DNA of 64,000 nt. It comes from Chara braunii (taxonomy: Eukaryota; Plantae; Charophyceae). Shown here piece by piece: positions 27,455 to 40,900 of this stretch. The notes beneath the pieces were generated by a model. The model had not been told where the DNA came from. It saw nothing but the letters and a program-made list of their open reading frames with translations, and ran no database searches. The stretch lies in assembly GCA_003427395.1 (NCBI GenBank), contig BFEA01000004.1, positions 3,752,334 to 3,816,333 on the forward strand, given 5' to 3'. Numbering within the stretch: position 1 is the first letter of the stretch; each line of letters starts with the position of its first letter. Made by a program: the position numbers and the translations under genes.

Positions 27455-30400
27455 TGTCGAGCGCATCGGTCCGGCACCGCACAAGGGCAGTGCGAGACCC
27501 TCCCGCCCACGTCACGCAGGAGTTGGTTTAAATCCTTTGCCGCCAATACACATGGAGCTTCCGCAAGCCGCTCCGGCCGAGTGCGCCAGCCATACCTCCC
27601 GCGAGCCCCTACGACAGGATAGGGCCTACGCGAGGCACGACTTACCTCCACCTTACGGGAGTTGTCACCTCCCTTCGGTGGGCGTATCCCCGCCGAGCTA
27701 CCAGTCCACAATACGAAAGCTAATCAGTTGCCATCGCAGAGGTGGACCGGCCGAGGGCGTTTCTCGTTCGCTGTAGCATAGGGGGTACGCGCGGTAATAC
27801 GCCTCTATCGGACCCGCACGCGAACCGACGTCTTGGGGGGCTGAAGTCCCTAGCGCGACCCGTCGTTGGTGGACAAGGACGTATCCCACTCGCCACACGC
27901 ACACCACTCTACAAAACAAAAAAATAAACAACATACACATGCGCACTCAAAACAACGCGACAACACTCATAGTCCCTTCAACGTCTATTCAATAACTTTT
28001 CGCTGCGGAAAATCAAGTAAGCGGCACGGGCGAGGCTCAGTATAAAAATCGCGCAGCCGTAGAGCCTTATCATATCGACTAACAATGCAAACGTACGCAA
28101 ATAGTCGCAATGATGGCGTACTATGTAGTGCCCATAATCGCGTGGACCCTCGTGGATCTGAGTACCACTTATGATACTCAAGTGTCAGACTCGAAGTGCC
28201 GTGAGGGTCTAATCCCTCATGATATTGCACGGCTGAAGGAATAGTCGTGCAGCGGCCTCGAGACCTCCGGCCTTTGGTCTAAGTGTCTCGGTAGGCAAGG
28301 CAAATAGGCTCTGCACGGGGACAGATTCCTTCCCTGCAGAGTCTAGGGCTTGGGATGTCCTGGACAAGGACCTTGAATCCCGACCCAGGACCAACGTCTG
28401 ACTATAAGAATCTCTTAGAAGCAAAAGGATAAAAGGGGATCTCCTTTTTCTCTCAAACACATAATCTGTTTAACCCTTACGCGCGGTCACAATAGGCCGC
28501 GCGAAACACTCGAGACATATATATAAAGGGTTATTAATATAGGACGATCACTTCTCACTGTCACAGTGAGACTTCTCTCAGCCATATATATGTATGTGAT
28601 CGTAGGCAATCAAATTCAGAGTCCGAACCACAAGCACACCTGCAATCACATCCAAGATCTAACAAAAGTCCACGCACTACACGGGGTCAATTTCCACCAT
28701 TCTCTATGCTCATACCCCTTGCTTTAGCCATACAAACCTCACTCTTGTGCAACTCCCCTAAATAAATACTCAGTACTTTTGTTAAATGGCCATTCAATAA
28801 AGTCAGGGTGAAAACACAATGAAACAATTCAAACCACAGGGCTAAAGCCTTCAGGTTGAGTGACAAGAGTGGATTGGAGTTGAATCGCAAACCGACGAAT
28901 CGACAACCGACCGGTTATCAGTGATAACAGAAGATGATCCTCGTAGGATTAAGCTGAAACTAGTCCAAATCCTGAATCAAACGGTCAGGAGGACCTTTCA
29001 GTTCCCTGCCTCCAGGATTCCTCCTGATTTCCGGCAGAGCTCCCGCAATCAGTGGGTGGACACCCCACAGAGTCTTGCTGCGGTCCCACGGGTTGCAATC
29101 CCGCCTGTTGCCTTCCTCTCAGATCAGGACTAGACTTAGATTTTAGAAGGGCAGAAGTAGAAACATTTAGTCTCTCAGATACAAGAGGGGTGTACTCAGA
29201 CTCGCAAGAGAGGGCCTTGTAATCTTCACATGCCCGAGGGCCCCGCAATGACGACCAAAACGGGCAACCGCCAGTCAAACCAGAGTCAAACTGATGACAA
29301 ACGACACTCCCACAAAGCTTCAAATCGTAGTGGTAATCCCCTTCAACAAGCTTAATCTTTCCCACTCTTTATTGAAAACGCAGATAAGCCGTAGTAAAGC
29401 TTAGTTGGATGCTCCGCGCCCACCAGCCGATCTCAATGACAAGGTATCATACCCGCATCCCCATGCAAGTACCACAACGTCACATCTTGTAGTGCACAAC
29501 GATATAGTGTTGAACAGTCCGCAAACAGTGGAGATTTCGGGCAGCTCCTAATCTATCATTCCTCGCTCTTCCGTTGACTTGTCATCCAACCGTCCCTCTA
29601 AGAAGCCGGCCGTGAGGGAAGGTCCCTACATAACCATCTAGCCGGTCGAGGCCTCGTCCGTTACCGGAGCTAACCAGACAAAACGCTTCACCTATTGAGG
29701 AACCAAGGTACTGAAAAAAATGTCACTAAGAGCAAACTCTCGTTGTCACCAGTATTCATGATCAGAGCCCTTCCTCCTACCAGGTGCTAAAAGCCTAGGG
29801 CGCTACTGCACAACTACTAGCAACCTCCACATCGGTCGTGCATCCTGTTGGTGCTGACGGCAACAACCGAGGTGCATGAAGACATCGACCTTGTGGGCCA
29901 CCACCGCAAAGACCCGGTAAGGTCCTTCACCTTCTCTCGTCAGAATAAGGTCGCCTACCTTTTCTCATGCAACGCAGCCCAACTCTCCTCGGCATGCGTG
30001 TCCTGAATCTTGGCGAGGTCCAGTAAGCCGATGTCTTGTCATGCAGGCGCGTCAACTCCCTCCGGTAACTTCGACGATGGAGGAAACACAAGTATGGCCA
30101 CGAGAGGGAACTTGACCACTCGATGACCCTGGCTCCCCGACTTCACCTGTCACGCGCAACATATTAACCAGTGGCGGCTTAATGACTCTAATGAGCACAA
30201 ACCAGGTATGAGTAACAGCGAGGAGTACAAACTGAAATTTGGAGACGAGCGACAAAGTCATCACAACAGCCGCATTACCACCACCTACCAACTGCACAGC
30301 TTGGGACGAATCTTCCCGTCGGCCATGGTCAGGTACGTGTGCTTTCCCCCACAGTTACTAGCTACCCCCGACCCTCACGCTCTAAGCAAAGGCAAAAAGG

Positions 30401-32827
30401 ACAGAGATTGAGAGTAGGCCTGCCGCCAACTACGGGCAGATATATCGAAAAGAAATTTGAGTGGGAGTATGGAGTACGAAGTTGTCAGAGGCATCCATCG
30501 TCGTACGCTCTACGAGATAGTTAGAGAGGAACAGAATGAATCGTGACTGGCAAGAAACCGAATGAATCGTCCACTAAAACGCGGGAGTATTCATTGCTAC
30601 TTTGCGAAACTGTTCTCGTCTTTCTGCGTGCAGCCTGTAAAGTTGGTCCAACCAAACTACTAATTCTAGTCTACGTCCAACTCCTCCATCCAACTTGTAG
30701 CTGTCACAGACCCCTGCTTACTACTCAGGCTCACTCGATTCTGTTGAGAATCGAGTGAATTGGACAATATCTTGTTCCTCTATAGTCGTTGGCTCTGCCA
30801 TCTCCGTGCAACCACTTCTTCTCTAACTCTCTTTTTACTAACCTTCTACTCATTCTACTGCTGGATTCGAACTCGCCTACCAACAAGACCACAAAACCAA
30901 CTCTCTAATCGCCCGTTTTCGTTAAGAAACGGGCGAGGTGTTCTATCCATTTCGCTTTTCTTCATCGTTCTTCCATACCCCCCCGCGACCCGTTTTCCAT
31001 CTACCTCATTTTCTACTCGCTCCCTAGCCATTCTAACCTCACTATTACGTTCGCCTGGAGCAAAAACCCCGGGATCGCCCCTTTCCCCTACCGTTTCCAT
31101 TCAGGATCGAGAGTGTGGTGTGTTCTCCGCTGCGCCCGACTCCTACTTCCGCCATCCCCTTTGTTGCACGTACCCGGTGCGGAACCGTGCCAGGTTCATC
31201 TCGTCTTGTTTTCACTTTCCCCCCTTTCTCCTTCGTCCCCGTCTGTGCCTCATCGGCCTACCGCCCGTCGCCCGCTGTGTACCGCTGCCCGACCGGACTC
31301 TCCTCCCTGCCTCACCTGTTTCAACCCGACAGTACCTCACAATAACCTACTTGTCCTTCCTGTCGTAGCATTTCGCTTCCAGCCTACAGTCGGAGAGTAT
31401 TCCACGAGCAAAGTTAGTGCCCGCCCCCACTCGACATCTACCCGTTGGCCCCTCCTTTCTTTCATCGGTCCGACTGCACCCGGCGCAATGGCCCGCCCGA
31501 CGGCCTTCGTCTCTTAGGGAAACCGATGAGGGACTCGGCCGCTAGCCAACTCTAAGTCTTTCGCCCCTACGCCTGAGACCAACCGATGGTCCGCAACTCA
31601 TCTTTGTTGCCGGCCCCGCCGTAGTCTCCGCGTATTCACTCCGCCCAGGCGGAGTGGTCCACCTTCTCGGGCCCCCAACGGTCAAGCTCTCCCACAGATA
31701 AGCGGGCTGTGGAATCAAGGGTACCGGGCCGCTGCAAAGTCTGCAGTGCGCGTCCAAATTAAGCAAGCTCTGGTGCATCTCTTGGTGGTTGTAGCCAATA
31801 TGCCAATGAGGGCTTTAAAGGGCGAATTGGAGACGATTCCATGTGGTCCGCAACACATCGTAGTACCACTGTGGGCCTTGGCACGGTCCCTCGGGCATAG
31901 TCCACCAACTCGTGGGTCTCAACAGGCACGCTCACACTCAAACCTCTCACAGCAAACCGCGGATGGCGGCGCTCCTGCGGAAATGCCCACGTCATTCAGT
32001 TTTCTTTCGCCTTGCGGGCTAATCACCCACTTACTTGCATACCCGTTGAACTCATTGGTCCGTATTTCCAAATGGCGAGGCCGAGGTATTTCATCGGCGT
32101 CTCGAACACACGGAGTCCGAACGGGCCCGTCTAGAGAGGCGCATACTCAAGGTTTCCGACCGACGACCTCCAAAGACCAGCGCGACGTCTGAGTCAAGGC
32201 ACGTCGAAGCATAAAAAGTAACGGAAATACGACACTAGAATGAATTATTTAGAAAAATGTCACCGTCGATAGGGCACTGCCGACGGCAAAACCCAAGGGG
32301 GATAGCCCTGTCGGGCCCTTCGCGCCACTCTGATGTTCCCGCGCCGTCGCCCGACCTCGATCCCTGAATCTCCCAGATGAAAGTCCGACACCGTAACCAA
32401 TAACGCTAGGCCCAAATCTGGGTTTAGCTCTGACAGACATCTGAATAAACGGACCCCGCTCGACGTGCGGGCCTACCGAAAATGCTTCAAACCTTCTTGT
32501 TGTCGATGTCGTTCTCCATACGTACACATGGCCACAGGAAAGCACATCAATCAATGAGACATAATATTTTAATCTGTGTTTTAATGAGAAGAAGGAAAAA
32601 AAATTCTAGCCGGCGATCATGCCGACCCCTTAATCATCAACAATAAAAAGATCACGCGCGCCTCAAGTCTGCGCGCCCACACACTCTTTATTCTAGTCAA
32701 CCATCAGCCACATAGACAACGAACCCTGCCGCGAGTCGCGCGATATATTTAATTTTTAAACCAAAGCTATTTTCTGCCACTTGCAAAAACCAGGGCAGAT
32801 ACCCTTGTAAGGGTATTCGCGCCGACA
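27455..32827 (-). mobile_element. Module E: 5.4-kb LTR-like element, ends TGTCGAGCGC...GCGCCGACA
   Basis: Each end is defined by a homology break with other copies (21812 and 44298; 61290). 30280-32827 is the reverse complement of 61290-64000 (~90%). No gag/pol motif seen. Contiguity of the middle part is inferred. Confidence 0.65.
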
Positions 32828-34519
32828 GCTTACCGGACCATATTAAGCGATGTCCCCGTCGCTTTGCCAAATTAGAAAGCTATAAATCCATCCACATTTC
32901 AAATGCTGACGAGAAAGGAACCAATCCGATTAGCCGACAGACTCAGGTTAAAGGCCTCCACCAATCTGTGCCTACACAACTATATGTTGCCAGGGTTTCA
33001 ACCTGGGTCCCCATTGCCCTGACATTATGACGCCGGTGTATTACGCATCAATACTACAGCATAAGTTCTAAAGACCTCCTCAAACCATCCTTTTCCCTTC
33101 GTCATAGACAAACGTCGGCTTCTCGTTGAGTGTCCCTGCTAGACTCTTTCTCGTAAGCAGAGTCATATCCAGGGACGCGGGCTTCAAATGAGACCTCGGA
33201 AGACACTCTCGCCTCTCTCCCGAAAATCCTCACAGTCATGTATATATACATATATACACTTAAATCTCATCTCAGCTCCTTCTGCAGTCTAGTACAGAAA
33301 TGCTAGATCTCCATCCTGACCCACCATAATCTGGTTGATCGAGCCAGATCTACGGCCTACCGCATTGTTGCTTTAGCGGTAGTATCCTCTCGTTGATTAT
33401 GCAACGATAAGTATCCTCCTGATAAGCATTCAATCAGGACTCCTGAAAGGTTCAACTCATATTCCCCACCATCCCACCGGAGTAATTCCCTGGGGCGTGC
33501 ATAACCCCTTAAGCTCTTACCCCGTTGGTAGACGTGGTTCCGCAGCCAGGTTGTGCTGGCTTGCAACCATCCAATAGGGGTTGCGCCCTAGAGGTGGTAA
33601 TCTTTACCGTTTAGCTTGGTATTCCTCAATATGCCTTAGGATTAGCACAAGTGTCTAGACGGTGCGTCACAAAACAGACCACAGGCCCGCTGAGGGACTA
33701 CGCAAGGGTCTGTCTCACTTTTAAAATTGTTAACTAACTCCCTATGGAATAACATAGAAAGCACGACCCCTTCTCACGATCACAAACAAATTCACCGCTA
33801 GGCTTACACAAGGCCGTGACCCACTGACTTTATCAGAGACAACATACCACACATCCTACGACATCTTAATGCACTGGCTTGCGACCTTCTCAGTTCCACC
33901 AATGATCAAATCCGTAATTCTGGTTCCTTTCGTCAGACTTTTATCAACTCAAACTTTGCTTATCATGCCCTTAAATCTATTAACCACTTTTCACACGAAT
34001 ATGGTCTCTTCCAATAGGTCTCCCAGCCATCCCTCTCTTTCTAGGATGAGCTATCACACTACCCTTTTTAAAACACCTTCCTTTTGAAGATGAGTCTTCC
34101 AATAAACAACACTATCACCTTCCTTAATCTGAAGGGGTCTCAACCATAAAACAACTCAAACCAAGGGACCTACTTATGAGCCCTCTCCACAACTTAACCA
34201 CAAAACAACTCAAACTAAGGGACCTGCTTAAGGGCACTCTTCGCAACTCAATCGTAAAACACCCAGCATGGTAAGTATTCGAGTCCCAGAGACTCGCAAA
34301 ATCCCTTAGGATTTTCACACTTCTGTCGCACAACAAACTGCACTACCTCTCCTTATACTCGGCCCTATCACCAGCCCGTGGGCAGATCGCACGACTATAC
34401 CGGAGAGTAGACAGTCCACATCCATCCATTCCCACAATTCTATGACACACAAGGTGCCTCTTATATATTTTTCCACACAAAATCACACAAGCGGTTATCG
34501 GGTAGCTGAAAATTCAGGA

Positions 34520-35045
34520 ATGAAAATTATGAAGTGAGGGTTTTGGGCAGTCTGAAAATCCTGAATGGTCCTGAAGTGGTGGAAGGTCCGAAGACCCTGA
34601 AAACCACCTGTTTAGGCAGCCTGCATNNNNNNNNNNNNNNNNNNNNNNNNNNNNNNNNNNNNNNNNNNNNNNNNNNNNNNNNNNNNNNNNNNNNNNNNNN
34701 NNNNNNNNNNNNNNNNNNNNNNNNNNAGGCAGCCTGCATCTTGAAGTGGTGAAGGGTGTCCTGAAGTGGTCAAGTGAGGGTTTTGGGCAGTCTGAAAATC
34801 CTGAATGGTCCTGAAGTGGTGAAAGGTCCAAAGACCATGAAAACCACCCTTCATCACTTGAGGATGCAGCCTACCTAAACAAGTGGTTTTCAGGGTCTTC
34901 GGAGCTTTCACCACTTCAGAACCATTCAGGATTTTCAGACCTGAATGGTCTTGAAGTGGTGAAAGGTCCGAAGACCCTGAAAACCACCTGTTTAGGCAGA
35001 CTGCATCCTGAAGTGGTGAAGGGTGCCCTGAAGTGGTGATGAAAA
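34520..35045. repeat. Related CTGAAGTGGTGAAGGG satellite block with a short internal inversion
   Basis: Same core as 25021-26660; ~34850-34940 is in the opposite orientation. Confidence 0.85.
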
Positions 35046-35878
35046 ATATGACTGTTGTTAACCTTCTCTCCAAAATCACCATTCATCAGGATAAAATCCA
35101 CACATGTGAGAGTGATTGTGATCGTCATATGTAAAGAATAATCTTTAGAGAAAAATTTTCCAACTCAATATATGTACAGGGGTACAATACCCCAACTCAA
35201 ACGTGAACCGAATGGTCTCGAATTATATATATATATACACTTGGAGTTGAACAATCTCAACTCGAATTGGTATTGGTACCACATACAAAAATTGAGTAAT
35301 CTCTGACCAAAGCTAAAACTAAAGCAGTCTTGGTCAGGATGTGATCACACCCCTCAAATCAGAGGGACCTGAGTAATTCAAGATAAATCCAGATATCCAA
35401 GGAGAAGTAAGACTAGAAGTCATTCATACACAAGTCTTACAACTACCTTCCTAGGCTAGGGAACCTATCTCCCACACGCCGAGGTTTCTTCCCAAGTCTC
35501 TCATACCTCTCACACCTATACAACTATCTAGGCCTAGACACGACGTGGGTCCCATATATTCTTCTCCCAATCAATAGGCCTGATAGAATAGCCCCCTACT
35601 TCGTAACACCGCCTTTAGGGTCACTCCTTGCTCTTCCCCCTTGAGACATTTTCATAACGTGATGTGAGGCAGACCTAACATACCCCATATATACAGTTAT
35701 TCTATTGGGGTACAACCCCCCCCTGCCTACAACTCAGGCCACCTTACCGGACCATTATTACGAAAACCCCTCCCCTCTGTGTGCCGTGTCTATTTAATTG
35801 GGATTCCCCTGCTTATATCTTTTGCCTACTCAAACTTTCAGGCCCTTTTCATACAAACCCGTCTTCCTCAAACTTCAT

Positions 35879-37290
35879 TCAGGATGCAGTGCTTAATGCC
35901 CCATCTCGCAGCAAAGCCTCTTTCCGTGTTCCCCCAGGGATGGTTGGATCGATATACTTCCCGGCCCTGTCGAAAACATCTCCCTCAATATTAGTCCTTA
36001 TTAGACCGCTTGCCTCATCGTTCATTCGTTCCCAACAAAACTTTATTATGTGCCCTTCCTTGGCACAATGTCTGCAAATATATTTTTTCCAACCCGCTTT
36101 CTTCCCTCCAGAGCCACCTTTGCTGCCACCGCATTCCCTTTTTCCGTGCCCCTCATCCCTGCAATCCCTTTCAACTTTCCGCCTTTGGCCTCCTCCACCG
36201 GCCACGTGGCCTTGTGTCACTCGTGGTATCGGTGGCTGCAATGACCTCATACACAAGGCTGGCTGAAACTGGACTGCAGGAGGCCTAGGTGGCATCATAT
36301 CCATTTGTGGGCCCAAACAACTACCTTGTACGCAGGGCAGATATGGATTATATATAGGTTCTGGCCCTACTTGACCGCATGACTCCCACTGCCCGTATAG
36401 CGCCCGCTTGGTCGGCGGAGGCCTCGCCTGTGCTGGCTTGCCTCTCAATTCTTGCGGGGTGGCCCCTCCCTGCCGCATGCCCTGCCCCTTTCCGGTACCT
36501 TGGCCTCCCTGGGCCCGATTCCTCGCCTTTCGCTGAGCCTTTGTCTACTTGGGAGGTTCAAGCTCCCTTTTTCCTCCTGTCACACCCTTTTCTTTACTTC
36601 CTTGAGGGGTATTCCCCAACGATCACATACCACCATTGCGGAGTGCTCTGGCCACCACTCACTCCTTTGCCTCTCCCGACCCGCAGCCGAGGATGCTTCC
36701 CTGTTAATGGGCCCTCCATTTGGATCAGGCGCAATAACAGGCAGGGCCGCACTAGCTCCCCGCTCCCCCTTTATCTCAATGAATCCCTCGTCTTCGCCTT
36801 TTTTCGGGGCGAAGGCTCACCCCTACGCGGTTCCTTTGTGGAGGAGTAACTTCTGATGACCTTTCCTTGCCTCTGCCTTATCCTGCCCAGCCGGCTCACT
36901 CGACGCTCCTTCATAGGTCTTCATCTTGCTATGCCCGGCTTCTTCCAATTGCGTCAACCTTTCTTCTAACATCCCAACTTGCCTCTGTATACCACTCAAC
37001 TCTTCTTGTGTTGACGCAACCCCAGCTAGTTGCTATAGGTTTTCACCAAGCCGGCCTTCCACTCCATCCTTTGGAAATCTTAACTTCAGAGAACTTTCCA
37101 GCTCATCCCAGGTCTGCGACTTTAGCATAAGGGTATACACCTGCTCACTCAACTCTTCGCAGACAAACAGCGGCAACATGCTCCACATCGCCTTCTCGTC
37201 CCACCTCTTCATGAGACTGAAGTCATGATAGCCTCGTAGAAAGGCAGACAATTTTTTTCCCTGAAACAGCAGGGTGCGAAGCTCTGGGGC
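35879..37290 (-). pseudogene. gag: Decayed LTR-retrotransposon gag (probably Ty3/gypsy-like)
   Basis: Perfect CX2CX4HX4C knuckle CRHCAKEGHIIKFC at 36035-36076. Upstream gag-like helical segment FQGKKLSAFLRGY...TWDELESSLKLRF. Internal stops. No RT or integrase motif confidently seen downstream. Confidence 0.8.
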
Positions 37291-37606
37291 ATCGAGTCGC
37301 TCACTGACTCGCAGAACAACACTTCACCGAGGCACGTTCTCCTCCAGGATAGGATTTTGGCGAAACCGCTCTCTTCAGCCATGATGCTGGTACCGGCCTG
37401 ACACGCATGACAAGCAGTTGACCATCAGGTTGGAGCGCAAGATGGCTTAAAACAAACAGGGCTAGTAGAAATTGATTACTACCCGTCTCACACCAACCCT
37501 CTTCCCATTTATGCAATATGACTCTAACTTTAGCGTGAGGGTTCTACAGCCAATATACATCCCATATAGGCAGAGCCCTCGAAGCCGATCTTAGGCAGAC
37601 AGTAAA

Positions 37607-37623
37607 CGAGGCTACCAATGTCG
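37607..37623 (-). promoter_or_regulatory. 5' LTR end (CGACA) plus primer-binding site
   Basis: Minus strand reads GCGACA-t-TGGTAGCCTCG, ~320 bp upstream of the gag-like frame. TGGTAGC fits an initiator tRNA-Met 3' end. Confidence 0.6.
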
Positions 37624-38051
37624 CTGACCCCCGTACTCGCATCATAGATGAGGCTCCCTCTCACGTCCTAACCGACCTACCCATGGCTTTAGACACCTGG
37701 TCTTAGGAAAAAGCCTATCCGGGCTAACTTGGAGCCTCTCAGGATCTGTTATATACACCTCACGCACCAGAATACATCTGTACATGCCTCGCAACTCATC
37801 TGATACATCTTGTACATACTTCAAATACATGACTCGTATAGTTATTTCTGACTAAGATAATTATCAAAGGAATATAATCATCAAACACATAGCCTCACAC
37901 AATTAGACGTTAGGCAAGCTTGCTTAGACGGTATTTGGCATATAGGGATGGTGAGATGGTTAATGGGAGCCTTATTTTTCATCGAATGTATAGCGAAATG
38001 ACTGTTATATATGGTACACCGAAACTAAAGTCACCATTTTCATGGTTTTAC

Positions 38052-38668
38052 ATTTCTGTGTTTTACTTAGTTTTTTTTCTACATGTTGAATATTATATCC
38101 CGATGCGCTTTCGGTGCTTCGGAACCGAAAACGCACTTCGGAATTTCAGTGTTTTACTTAGTTTATTTTCTACATCTTGATTATTATATCCCGATGCACT
38201 TTCGGTGCTTCGGTACCGAAAATGCACTTCGGGATTTCGGTGTTTTACTTGGTTCATTTTCTACATCTTGATTATTATATCGCGATGCGCTTTTGGTGCT
38301 TCGGTACCAAAAACGCACTTTGGGATTTCGGTGTTTTACTTAGGCTTTTTTTCTACATCTTAAACAATATATCCCAATGCGCTTTCGATGCTTCGGTAAC
38401 GAAAACGCACTTCGGGATTTCGGTGTTTTACTTAGTCTCTTTTTTACATGTTGAACATTATATCCTGATGCGCTTTCAGTGCTTCGGTACCGAAAACGCA
38501 CTTCGGGATTTCGGTGTCTTACTTAGTTTATTTTCTACATCTTGATTATTATATCCCGATGCACTTTCGGTGCTTCGGTACTGAAAATGCACTTCGGGAT
38601 TTCGGTGTTTTACTTGGTTTATTTTCTACATCTTGATTATTATATCCCGATGCGCTTTCGGTGTTTCG
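38052..38668. repeat. 91-bp tandem array (about 7 copies, runs into a gap), each unit with an inverted repeat
   Basis: Unit GTTTTACTTAGTTTATTTTCTACATCTTGATTATTATATCCCGATGCGCTTTCGGTGCTTCGGTACCGAAAACGCACTTCGGGATTTCGGT. Confidence 0.95.
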
Positions 38669-40189
38669 NNNNNNNNNNNNNNNNNNNNNNNNNNNNNNNN
38701 NNNNNNNNNNNNNNNNNNNNNNNNNNNNNNNNNNNNNNNNNNNNNNNNNNNNNNNNNNNNNNNNNNNNNNNNNNNNNNNNNNNNNNNNNNNNNNNNNNNN
38801 NNNNNNNNNNNNNNNNNNNNNNNNNNNNNNNNNNNNNNNNNNNNNNNNNNNNNNNNNNNNNNNNNNNNNNNNNNNNNNNNNNNNNNNNNNNNNNNNNNNN
38901 NNNNNNNNNNNNNNNNNNNNNNNNNNNNNNNNNNNNNNNNNNNNNNNNNNNNNNNNNNNNNNNNNNNNNNNNNNNNNNNNNNNNNNNNNNNNNNNNNNNN
39001 NNNNNNNNNNNNNNNNNNNNNNNNNNNNNNNNNNNNNNNNNNNNNNNNNNNNNNNNNNNNNNNNNNNNNNNNNNNNNNNNNNNNNNNNNNNNNNNNNNNN
39101 NNNNNNNNNNNNNNNNNNNNNNNNNNNNNNNNNNNNNNNNNNNNNNNNNNNNNNNNNNNNNNNNNNNNNNNNNNNNNNNNNNNNNNNNNNNNNNNNNNNN
39201 NNNNNNNNNNNNNNNNNNNNNNNNNNNNNNNNNNNNNNNNNNNNNNNNNNNNNNNNNNNNNNNNNNNNNNNNNNNNNNNNNNNNNNNNNNNNNNNNNNNN
39301 NNNNNNNNNNNNNNNNNNNNNNNNNNNNNNNNNNNNNNNNNNNNNNNNNNNNNNNNNNNNNNNNNNNNNNNNNNNNNNNNNNNGTTGAAGCTGATCTCAT
39401 CACCAGCGGTAAGTGATTGAAGTTGGTCTGATCATAGTGCCTGTCGCTGGCCTCTTCAGCAGCGCCTGAGTGGACGGCGCACACGCAGTTTGCTAGCGCA
39501 CCCTACCTCAGACCACTCCGCACACATGTTCCTCCCTGCTGGTCGACTTCTTGACGGACATGTCCTAATCGGCTTCCAAAGTGGACTGAGAACATCCTTC
39601 TCGCCAGTCCACTCGCCCAGTCTCCCTTGAACAAGCCCATTCCAGTCAATCTCCACATCCCTCTTTCTCTCACTTCATCGCTCACACTCCACAGTCTCTC
39701 ACTCCCACTCTCTCTCACACCCGCAAACTCTCGCTCCAGCTGTGCAGTTCCCTTCTCTCCCACTCTCCCTTTCACACGCGAGTAACCACCTGAGCGCCGA
39801 CTCGTCTCCCTCGTGCATGCAATGCTCCGCAACAGCTGTGCGTCGGGTACGCCTGGCATGCCATCCACCAGCCCGGTGTGTTGCGGGTACGCCTTGCACA
39901 CCCTGTTCCTGCCTCCCCCCCTGGTGAGGCGGAAGCGCTGTATCGTGGACTGCGTACACCAGGCACACCCACCTCATGCATATTTCACAACTGTCCCCCT
40001 TCTCCTTTTGCGGGAGCTCTCCATATTCCTTTTTGCCCCAAGCAGCACGGGCTCACCATCAGGCCCACGTCTACAGTCGAGTCCGTGCACCCTGTGGCCA
40101 AAAAATCATCAGGGTCTGCGGGTTGGTACCAACCCCAGTCCGCAACACCCGGTCCATCGCGCTCGGCAACTGTGTCATAACAGCANTCC

Positions 40190-40900
40190 CACACCAGATC
40201 GATTATAGCTCCGAGCCGGGGCAGTTCCAGACCGGCACCGACTCCANAAACTATTCCACCAAAACTCAGGTCTGTATCCGTGCCAAACCGATGACGAACN
40301 TGAAAACCAGTGCCCAATCGATGNGGAACCAAAACCGAACCCTTGCCGACAGCGAATATCATAGAGAGATGTATTACCGTGGTTGTATCAAAAACAGTTC
40401 CATGTCCAAGTNAGCCCCAAACTGATCNTGTCAACTACACAGCGATGTGTACCACTTCGATGCCGAACCAAACATAGAATACCGCTCCCATGTCCCCGAA
40501 CCGAACNAATGAAACCGTATCNCAGCAATATCAGGCCCGGATAGCTCGCGTCATACAGCCCCGAGCGTGTCCCAAACCTGAAAAATTGTACTAGCCTGTA
40601 GTACCACGTTGATGCCAAACCAAACCGGACGTGGAACAACCACCCCTGAACCTGTGAACAACGTAGAGGCGCGTACCACTCAGGCGCNAAACCAATACCG
40701 AACCTGAAAATATCTCAGTGGAGTATACCATCCAGATGCCGAGCCAATACCGAACCCGGAGGGCGTCAAGCGTCGAGACGATACCGAGCATGTAAGCCGT
40801 AGTCATCGAATACCGCAATCCCGTAATAGTACCGAACCTGTCCCGAACCTCGTGTCTGGACCGGAGCAGCGGCCATACCGACGCCACAACCTCAAGCGAA
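40190..40900 (+). repeat. Degenerate ACCGAACC-motif array, probably transposon subterminal repeats
   Basis: Motif near 40335, 40463, 40497, 40697, 40749, 40831 and 40843; low-quality sequence with scattered n. Confidence 0.5.

Noticed and set aside
27600-28200. Group II intron remnant
   Set aside because: Structured and GC-rich, but no domain V catalytic hairpin or GUGYG start recognised.
32830-34480. Integrase or pol remnant downstream of gag
   Set aside because: Only a faint LWW..M..FC resemblance; no YxDD, HHCC or DDE motif can be supported.
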